Shown: piece by piece, positions 17,301 to 23,481 of the stretch
Numbering within the stretch: the stretch's first letter is position 1
How the letters are laid out: each line of letters begins with the position of its first letter
From: Candidatus Omnitrophota bacterium
GTDB taxonomy: Bacteria; Omnitrophota; Gorgyraeia; Duberdicusellales; 4484-171
Assembly: GCA_021735045.1 (NCBI GenBank)
Contig: JAIPHU010000001.1
Span: 60,001 to 92,000 of the forward strand
Direction of reading: 5' to 3'
DNA: 32,000 nt
Position numbers and translations under genes: made by a program
The notes under the pieces: generated by a model
What the model saw: only the letters and a program-made list of their open reading frames with translations
Databases searched by the model: none
What the model was told of the DNA's origin: nothing

Positions 17301-17448
17301 GGGGACGGTCCTTACCCTTATAACTCTTTTTAAATTAAGTACTTATGAATTAAAATATTTCAATTATGCTTTCTTTTTCAGTTGTTTAGAGATAATATTT
17401 ATATAAGTTTCTGGCAATCAACAACTTATAATTAGAAGGACCGTCCCC
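17301..17448. repeat. 148-bp MITE-like element bounded by perfect 13-bp inverted repeats GGGGACGGTCCTT / AAGGACCGTCCCC
   Basis: Left repeat at 17301-17313, right repeat at 17436-17448. Both are followed inward by a TTATAA-containing stretch. The interior is very AT-rich. It lies between convergent genes, and the right repeat encodes the last codons of the minus-strand GT9 gene. Confidence 0.4.
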
Positions 17449-18475
17449 GTTTAGTTAAGAGGGCTAGGGTGGTTTTTGCGACTGTTTGGGGGGTAATTTT
17501 AAGCATGCATTGGTGGTTTTTTGGACAGTTTTTTTGATAGCAGGGTACCGGACAAATATCATTTTCAAATAATAGATATCCTTTTGTACGGTTTATAGGT
17601 TTGGTGCAGCTAGGGCTAGTAGGCCCAAATATTGCGATAAATTTTGTACCGACTGCTCCAGCTAGATGGAGTGGGCCGGAGTCTCCGGATATAACTAGAT
17701 CTAGCTGACTGTATAAACAGGCTAGTTGGCGCAAATTAGTCTTTCCGCTTAAATCTATAACTTTTTTACCAAATTGAGTAAAAATAGCGGGAATATTTTT
17801 TTGTTTATTTTTTGAAGTTATAAAAAAAGTTGAATTGGGATATTTGTTTAAAATTTTTTTAATTAGTTTTTGGTAGTTGGATAAGGGCCAATCTTTAGGG
17901 GGCCAGTTACTATGTGGGTTTATGCCAATTAAATAGTTGCCATTTAAGTGATTAGCTTGGGGGAGGATTTTTTCTAAATTTTTTTCTTCTGCTTTTCCTA
18001 GATAAACCTGGCAGTTTTTATTATCGATATTTATTCCTGATATTTTTAAAATATTAAGATAGTAGTCTTGTTTGTGGACAGAATCTTTATTGATTACGGG
18101 TATTTTTTTACTGAGAAGTAGGGATCGTTTTTTATAGTTATAGCCGATTATCTCTTTTGTTTTTGCAAGAAAAACGAGTAAAGTTTTGGTAAAGGAACGA
18201 TGGAGGAGGAAAGCTTTATCAAATTGATAAGTTCTGATTTTTTTTATAAATTTAATTTTAGAAAATATTGTTCTTTCTTCTTTTTTTTCATCTAATTTAA
18301 ATATTTTATCAATATGAGGATTATTTTCTAAAATCGGTGCCGCTTTTCTTGCTACTACAACAGCTAAAAAACTTTTTGGATAAACCTCTTTGATCGCCTT
18401 AAAAGCAGGAGTAGTAAGAATTACATCTCCTAGCCAGTTAGGTTCAACTAGTAGTATTTTTAATTGCTTTTTCAT
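17432..18475 (-). CDS. GT9 family glycosyltransferase (LPS heptosyltransferase-like)
   Basis: MKKQLKILLVEPNWLGDV ... DSGPLHLAGAVG ... IFGPTSP. Start ATG 18475 is preferred over the track start 18523. It still overlaps the upstream GT4 gene by 32 nt. Confidence 0.8.
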   Translation of the reverse strand: MKKQLKILLVEPNWLGDVILTTPAFKAIKEVYPKSFLAVVVARKAAPILENNPHIDKIFKLDEKKEERTIFSKIKFIKKIRTYQFDKAFLLHRSFTKTLLVFLAKTKEIIGYNYKKRSLLLSKKIPVINKDSVHKQDYYLNILKISGINIDNKNCQVYLGKAEEKNLEKILPQANHLNGNYLIGINPHSNWPPKDWPLSNYQKLIKKILNKYPNSTFFITSKNKQKNIPAIFTQFGKKVIDLSGKTNLRQLACLYSQLDLVISGDSGPLHLAGAVGTKFIAIFGPTSPSCTKPINRTKGYLLFENDICPVPCYQKNCPKNHQCMLKITPQTVAKTTLALLTKRGRSF

Positions 18476-19532
18476 AAATTTTAATAAAACTATTAATTTT
18501 TTTGCTAATATCAAACTTATCAATTACTTGTTTGTGAGCATTTATAGATATTTGGCGATACAAAACTTTATCAGTTGTTAGTTTGATAATTGCTTGGCTG
18601 ATACTTTTTGGATTAACTGGTTTTGACTTTAAACCAGTTTTTTCATGATCCACTAATAAATTTAGGCCATCGACTCCAGATACCACAGGCGGTATGCCTA
18701 AGTATTGAGCTTCAACTACCGAAAGGCCCAAAGGTTCTTCTAGTGAAGGAAGGCAGAATATATCTAATGCGTTTAAAAAGGCAGCCAGTGATCTTTGTTT
18801 TAAGAAAATGAGGTGGTTGCTAATGTTTAATTTTTTTGAAATATTTAGTAAGGTTTTGTGATAGTTGCCTTCTCCTAAGATGTAAAATTTTGCTTGGGGG
18901 TATTTTTTTAAAACTTCAGGGATGCTTTTGATTAAATACTGAAAGCCTTTAACTGGTGATAGTCTTCCGGAGCTACCAATTATTGGGTTTCCGGTTAATT
19001 TTAGTGGGTGTGTGTTTCGATTTAAAGCTTTTAAGTCGATTCCAGAAAGAATTGTTTTTACTTTTTTTGGATTTGCTCCAAAGAATTTTATCAAGTCATC
19101 TTTTACAAGCGGGGTAATTGCGATTGAATATTTACCCTGGGCTTTTATTATTTTTCGTATTTTTCTGGCTTTATTTTTCTGATAAAAACCGTGGAAATTA
19201 GCTACATGCGGTATTTTTGTGAAAAAGCTATTTAATTGGCAAGCAACCTGGGTAACTCGAGTATGTGAATGGAGTAGATCATAGGGGAAATATTTATGTA
19301 TCTTCGATAGTTGAACTGCAGTAGCAACAATTTTTGGGGAGAGTTCGTTTTTAGTTTTAATCGGAATTTTATAAATTTCTAGGCCTAATTCTTTAAAGCG
19401 ATATTCTTGATTGCCACCGGAGGAACAAACTGCAACTTTAATGCCTTTTTCTAATAAGTATTTAGCTAAGGTATAGGTATAGGTGGTTATTCCACCGATA
19501 TTAAGATGAGGCAGTACTTGTAAAACTCGCAT
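18444..19532 (-). CDS. GT4 family glycosyltransferase
   Basis: 362 aa. MRVLQVLPHLNIGGITTY ... EEPLGLSVVEAQYLGIPPVVS (E-x7-E). Confidence 0.85.
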   Translation of the reverse strand: MRVLQVLPHLNIGGITTYTYTLAKYLLEKGIKVAVCSSGGNQEYRFKELGLEIYKIPIKTKNELSPKIVATAVQLSKIHKYFPYDLLHSHTRVTQVACQLNSFFTKIPHVANFHGFYQKNKARKIRKIIKAQGKYSIAITPLVKDDLIKFFGANPKKVKTILSGIDLKALNRNTHPLKLTGNPIIGSSGRLSPVKGFQYLIKSIPEVLKKYPQAKFYILGEGNYHKTLLNISKKLNISNHLIFLKQRSLAAFLNALDIFCLPSLEEPLGLSVVEAQYLGIPPVVSGVDGLNLLVDHEKTGLKSKPVNPKSISQAIIKLTTDKVLYRQISINAHKQVIDKFDISKKINSFIKIYEKAIKNTTS

Positions 19533-19629
19533 TTAATTAAGATATCATAGTAACAAGAAGATGAAAAGAAAAAAACTTGCCCTCAAGCCGGAGAGAAGTT
19601 ATATTATTAATCTAAGAAAAAACAAGTTT

Positions 19630-20562
19630 ATGAAAAAGATAAAAAAAATTATAGTAAATTTTCCCACTAATATTGGCGATACAATTTTAGCTTTACCGGC
19701 CTTAGACCGAATCAAAGCTAATTTCCCCCAAAGCAAGATTACAGCTATTGTTAGCCCGAAAACAAAAGATTTCCTTTTAAAAAATAATTTTATCGATATT
19801 GTAGTGTTATTTGATAAAAGATGGAAGGTCTTTAGGAAAATAAAATTTTGCTTGAATTTACGAAAAAAATTTGAGGTAATAGTTGATTTTAAAAATTCGA
19901 TGTTACCTGTTTTTTTAGGAATAAAGAGACACACCCCCTTCATACGCTTTTTTCCAAAAAATCTTCATATTAAAGATAAATATCTAAAAATTATAAAAAA
20001 GATTGCTCCGGAACCGGCTCAAGAAAAAAGCCAATTCATAATTTCAGAAGAAAAAAAGAAGAAATGGGATTTATCTAGCCAAAAAAAATATGTATTTTTT
20101 GGCTGTTTTTCTCGTTCTCATCGTAAGGATTACAATAAAAATAATTTAATTATTACGATTAATAAGTTACAAGTTGAATATAATTGTGTTTTGCTGGGTT
20201 TGCCGCAGGATAGACAAAAAATTAACCAGAATCAGTTAGGGGCAAGGGTAGTTAATTTGGTGGGTAAAACTGATATTGCTGATATTTATTTTCTTCTGGC
20301 TAGTTATGCGAAAGTTGTAGTTGCAGTCGATTCTAGCATTATGCATCTATCAAGTTACTTAAATGTACCGGTTGTTAGTTTATTTGGGCCAACTTTGCCA
20401 GAATGTTCGGGCCCTTGGTCAAAAAATTCAGTAATTTTACAAAATACAGATTTAAATTGTGTTCCTTGTGAAGGCCAAAAAGAATGTAAGGATATAAAAT
20501 GCATGGATATTGAACCAAAAAGAATAATCAGCGAAGTTAAGAAGATATTAAACAATGGATAA
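19630..20562 (+). CDS. GT9 family glycosyltransferase (LPS heptosyltransferase-like)
   Basis: MKKIKKIIVNFPTNIGDT ... DSSIMHLSS ... LFGPT. ATG 19630 is preferred because it gives the usual GT9 N-terminus and a possible TTGCCC-17-TATATT promoter lies upstream. The track start is 19561. Confidence 0.75.
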   Translation: MKKIKKIIVNFPTNIGDTILALPALDRIKANFPQSKITAIVSPKTKDFLLKNNFIDIVVLFDKRWKVFRKIKFCLNLRKKFEVIVDFKNSMLPVFLGIKRHTPFIRFFPKNLHIKDKYLKIIKKIAPEPAQEKSQFIISEEKKKKWDLSSQKKYVFFGCFSRSHRKDYNKNNLIITINKLQVEYNCVLLGLPQDRQKINQNQLGARVVNLVGKTDIADIYFLLASYAKVVVAVDSSIMHLSSYLNVPVVSLFGPTLPECSGPWSKNSVILQNTDLNCVPCEGQKECKDIKCMDIEPKRIISEVKKILNNG

Positions 20563-21577
20563 GCCAAAAAAAATTTTAGTTATCAGGACTGACCGGCTCG
20601 GGGATGTGATCCTTTCGACCCCGGTAATAAAAAATTTGCGTAAAAATTATCCTGACAGTTATATTGCTTTTACTTGCCGTCCTTATACAAAAGATATTCT
20701 TGAAGGTAATCCTTACTTAGATGAACTATTGATCTATGATAAATATGGCTATCATAAGAATTTCTTAGCGACTTTAAAGTTTGCTCTTTATTTAAGAAAG
20801 AAAAAGTTTGATTTGGCTTTAGTTCTGCATCCTACCAACAGGGCTCATATCTTGGCTTTTTTTGCCGGAATTGCGAAAAGAGTTGGTTGGAATAAGAAGC
20901 TAAGTTTTCTGTTAACAGATAAGTTGGCTCACACCAAAGACCAAGGGAAAAAACATGAACGGGAATACAATCTAGATCTTTTGCGTTATTTAGATATCTC
21001 CGCTGAAGATAAGGAAATTTATATTCCGGTACAAGAAAATGTTCAACAAAAAGTGGATCAGATTTTAGCCAAAGAAGGCATAGAGAGTAAAGACAAATTG
21101 ATAGTTATTCATCCTTGCGCAAGCTGTCCTTCGAAGCGATGGCCGCAAAGTAAGTTTATCGAATTAGTTAAGATGCTCAAAGCCGAAGAAGATATAAAAA
21201 TTGCAGTTATAAGTTCAGCTGATCAAAAAGAATTTGGTAAGGGGATATCGAAAATAGAAGGGGTAATTGATCTATGTGGGGCTTTGTCAATCTCAGAAAC
21301 TATTGCCTTAATTAATCGCGTGCGATTATTTATTTCTTGTGATTCCGGGCCAGTCCATATTGCCGCGGGTTTGAATAAACCAGTTATCTCAATCTTTGGT
21401 AGGTCTCAAGCCGGCCTTTCTCCAAAACGATGGGCACCAACTGGTAAAAACTCTTATTTTTTTCATAAAGATGTTGGTTGCAAAATTTGTCTTGCTCATA
21501 ATTGCCAGAAGGGGTTTAAGTGCCTTCAGGCAATCAAACCAGCAGAGGTGTACACTCTCGCCAAAAAACTCATCTAA
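20555..21577 (+). CDS. GT9 family glycosyltransferase (WaaF/WaaC-like heptosyltransferase)
   Basis: 340 aa. KKILVIRTDRLGDV ... DSGPVHIAAGL ... IFGRS. 8-nt overlap with the upstream gene. Confidence 0.8.
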   Translation: MDKPKKILVIRTDRLGDVILSTPVIKNLRKNYPDSYIAFTCRPYTKDILEGNPYLDELLIYDKYGYHKNFLATLKFALYLRKKKFDLALVLHPTNRAHILAFFAGIAKRVGWNKKLSFLLTDKLAHTKDQGKKHEREYNLDLLRYLDISAEDKEIYIPVQENVQQKVDQILAKEGIESKDKLIVIHPCASCPSKRWPQSKFIELVKMLKAEEDIKIAVISSADQKEFGKGISKIEGVIDLCGALSISETIALINRVRLFISCDSGPVHIAAGLNKPVISIFGRSQAGLSPKRWAPTGKNSYFFHKDVGCKICLAHNCQKGFKCLQAIKPAEVYTLAKKLI

Positions 21578-21580
21578 CTA

Positions 21581-21603
21581 AGGGGACGTTTCCCTGCTTT
21601 GTA
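21581..21603 (+). terminator. Short GC hairpin (AGGGGA-CGT-TTCCCT) + GCTTTGT; possible terminator of the LPS operon
   Basis: Begins 4 nt after the stop codon at 21575-21577. 6-bp stem including one G:U pair, 3-nt loop, weak T-tract. Confidence 0.35.
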
Positions 21604-21682
21604 ACTTATTGACCGGTAAGATGTTATAGAACCTTGTTTTCTAACCAGTTCTAAAGACGGAAAATGCTTGTTTGTAACTTAT

Positions 21683-21772
21683 TTATAACCAAAAGGTTAT
21701 AAACGAGGGGAACGTCCCCTTTTGTAAGCTGTTACGCCCAGCGGCGTCTTTCATAGTTAAATGATAGTTCAT
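21683..21772 (-). CDS. Hypothetical 29-aa small ORF (MNYHLTMKDAAGRNSLQKGTFPSFITFWL)
   Basis: ATG at 21772-21770 is preceded by the strongest SD in the window, AAGGAGGTG (21787-21779), with 6 nt between the end of that 9-mer and the ATG. Stop TAA at 21685-21683. No similarity recognised. Confidence 0.3.
   Translation of the reverse strand: MNYHLTMKDAAGRNSLQKGTFPSFITFWL
21706..21724 (+). terminator. Short GC hairpin (GGGGA-ACG-TCCCC) + TTTTG; terminator-like
   Basis: 5-6 bp G/C stem, 3-nt loop, T4 run. It is a near copy of the 21581 hairpin and lies inside the minus-strand small ORF. Confidence 0.3.
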
Positions 21773-21774
21773 AG

Positions 21775-21815
21775 GCGCCACCTCCTTTATAATAACTTAA
21801 AACAAAAGGTGACGC
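21775..21815 (-). promoter_or_regulatory. SD-sequestering hairpin on the minus-strand RNA
   Basis: On the minus strand, GCGUCACCUUUU (21815-21804) pairs with AGGAGGUGGCGC (21786-21775): 12 bp, of which 3 are G:U. The same three positions are C:A mismatches on the plus strand, so the structure is strand-specific. Confidence 0.45.
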
Positions 21816-21895
21816 TTGAAAATAGAAAATTAACATTTCTATTTAGTAATAAGTATTAACATTTCTATATTGTAATAACAGATCTAAATATGGGG

Positions 21896-21923
21896 TTGAC
21901 ATCGTTTGTCTGTATAGTATAAT
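21896..21923 (+). promoter_or_regulatory. Consensus sigma70 promoter TTGACA-16 nt-TATAAT upstream of rex
   Basis: TTGACA at 21896-21901 and TATAAT at 21918-21923, 30 nt upstream of the rex ATG. Confidence 0.6.
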
Positions 21924-21953
21924 TATTAATCGTTACTAATTTCACGATTTGCT

Positions 21954-22577
21954 ATGAAATCAATTTCACGTAAAACTATTGACAGAGCTCTTTTGTATAT
22001 CAGAGCTTTAGAAAATTTGCTTAAAGAAAAGAGAGATAAAATTTCTTCTTTGGAATTAGCCGATATTACCGGCAGCTCTGACGTCCAAATCCGAAAAGAT
22101 ATATCTTTTTTTGGTAAAGTAGGAACACCTCGAATAGGTTATGAAACAAAAAAATTAAAAGATATTCTAGAAAATTTTATTCTCCAAAACAATGTTGTTC
22201 ATATCGCCTTATTTGGTGTAGGTAATTTAGGAAAAGCAATATTAAAATATCCGGGCTTTCAAACTGATAAAATTAAATTAGTTGCTGCTTTTGATAAAGC
22301 AAAAAGCAAGTTATTAAAAGAAATTAATGGAATTAAAATTTATCCGGTTGAGAGGTCTGTTGAATTAATTAAAAAAGTTCATGCTGAAATTGGAATCATT
22401 GCAGTTCCTCCCAGAAGCAGCCAAGAGGTTGCGGATATTATGGTTAAAGCGGGTTTAAAAGGGATAATAAATTTTGCACCAAGTTGCATCTCTGTTCCTA
22501 AAAACACATTTGTTAAGAATATAGATTTTTCAATAGAAATATTATCGATTTTTTCTCATACTCAATTTCAGAAATAA
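21954..22577 (+). CDS. rex: Redox-sensing transcriptional repressor Rex
   Basis: 207 aa. Winged-helix region SSLELADITGSSDVQIRKDISFFG, Rossmann LFGVGNLGKA, and C-terminal INFAP. Confidence 0.9.
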   Translation: MKSISRKTIDRALLYIRALENLLKEKRDKISSLELADITGSSDVQIRKDISFFGKVGTPRIGYETKKLKDILENFILQNNVVHIALFGVGNLGKAILKYPGFQTDKIKLVAAFDKAKSKLLKEINGIKIYPVERSVELIKKVHAEIGIIAVPPRSSQEVADIMVKAGLKGIINFAPSCISVPKNTFVKNIDFSIEILSIFSHTQFQK

Positions 22578-22597
22578 ATAATTTTTAGGAGGTAGGT

Positions 22598-22969
22598 ATG
22601 GCAAAAATTTTAATGGTAGATGATGACAGAGAATTTTTAGAAGCATCTAAGGCAGTGCTTTCGGCTGAAGGTTATCAAGTTATATTGACTAAAAATGTTT
22701 CGCAAGCTGAAAAAAAGATCAAAGAAGAGAAGCCGGATATGATTTTTCTTGATGTGATGATGGAAGCACCTGATGATGGTATTGTTTTTGCCCATAAATT
22801 AAAAAAAGAAAATGTTGGTATTCCAATTGTTATGTTAAGTGCTATAGGTAAAGTTACCGGATATAGCCATAACCGTTGTGATGAGGTTATGCCTTGTGAT
22901 GGGTTTTTAGAAAAACCGGTTAATCCAAAAAGCTTATTAAATAAGGTTAAAAAGATCGTAGGTAAATAA
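22598..22969 (+). CDS. Stand-alone response-regulator receiver (CheY-like) protein
   Basis: 123 aa. Acidic pocket DDD (8-10), phospho-acceptor D52 (IFLDVMM), S81 (VMLSA), K106 (LEKP). No output domain. Confidence 0.9.
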   Translation: MAKILMVDDDREFLEASKAVLSAEGYQVILTKNVSQAEKKIKEEKPDMIFLDVMMEAPDDGIVFAHKLKKENVGIPIVMLSAIGKVTGYSHNRCDEVMPCDGFLEKPVNPKSLLNKVKKIVGK

Positions 22970-22986
22970 TAGAGGAGAGTGTAGTC

Positions 22987-23466
22987 ATGGATAAAATGTG
23001 TTCAGTATCAAAAACCATAACTCAGGGAAAAAAGAAAATCCAGGTTTGTGATGCAACTCGTAGCCAACTTATTCCGATATTACGGCAAATTCAGGAAAAA
23101 AAAGGTTATATATCTGATAAGAACATGCAAGAAGTTGCGTCTTCTTTGGGGATACATCCAGTTGAAGTTTATTCTGTTGTTACCTTTTATTCTTTTTTAA
23201 CTACTGAAAAAAAAGGAAAACATATTATCAGAATAAGTAATTGTATATCCTCGGTTATGGCAGGCAGTAAAAGAATTATTAAAATTTTTGAAAAAGAGTT
23301 AGGAATAAAGGTGGGAGAAACTACTAAAGATAAAAAGCTTAGCTTAGAAGAGACTAGTTGCATTGGGATGTGTGATCAAGCCCCAGCTGCTTTAATTGAC
23401 GGAAATTTAATCGGCAAGCTAACGGCAAAAAAAGTAAAAAATATAGTTAAAGAATTAAAAAAGTAA
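22987..23466 (+). CDS. NuoE/HydC-like thioredoxin-fold [2Fe-2S] subunit, divergent (module 1)
   Basis: 159 aa, colinear with NuoE/HydC (EVYSVVTFYSFL, SCIGMCDQAPA). The first cluster motif reads C-ISSV-M instead of C-x4-C. Confidence 0.8.
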   Translation: MDKMCSVSKTITQGKKKIQVCDATRSQLIPILRQIQEKKGYISDKNMQEVASSLGIHPVEVYSVVTFYSFLTTEKKGKHIIRISNCISSVMAGSKRIIKIFEKELGIKVGETTKDKKLSLEETSCIGMCDQAPAALIDGNLIGKLTAKKVKNIVKELKK

Positions 23467-23481
23467 AATAGGGGAGAAAAT

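Noticed and set aside
15199-21577. A conserved C-x2-3-C-x4-5-C-x4-5-C-[ML] motif near the C-terminus of all four GT9 domains (CQYCYKDKCKTNRCM; CPVPCYQKNCPKNHQCM; CVPCEGQKECKDIKCM; CKICLAHNCQKGFKCL)
   Set aside because: It is real in the sequence and possibly a structural metal site. I believe similar cysteine clusters are common in non-enterobacterial GT9 proteins, so it is probably a family feature and not specific to this locus. An alignment of GT9 families would settle it.
21581-21735. Possible CRISPR-like direct repeats (GGGGACGTTTCCCT...TTTGTAAC versus GGGGAACGTCCCC...TTTGTAAG)
   Set aside because: There are only two imperfect copies, the spacer is about 95 bp and itself contains repeat fragments, and no cas genes are present. 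I treat them as hairpin or MITE-like repeats instead.
21775-21790. Plus-strand CCACCTCCTTT resembling the 3' end of 16S rRNA, with AGGGGAAC about 65 nt upstream
   Set aside because: The spacing and the surrounding sequence do not match the 16S 3' domain, and no other rRNA-like sequence flanks it. It is better explained as the complement of a minus-strand Shine-Dalgarno sequence.
21955-21968. A canonical Rex operator at the rex start
   Set aside because: The half-sites are Rex-like, but the spacing is GAA-N6-TTC rather than the canonical GAA-N4-TTC, and the outer TTG/CAA bases are missing. I kept it only as a low-confidence candidate in the findings. I saw no canonical TTGTGAA-N4-TTCACAA box in the intergenic DNA of this window.
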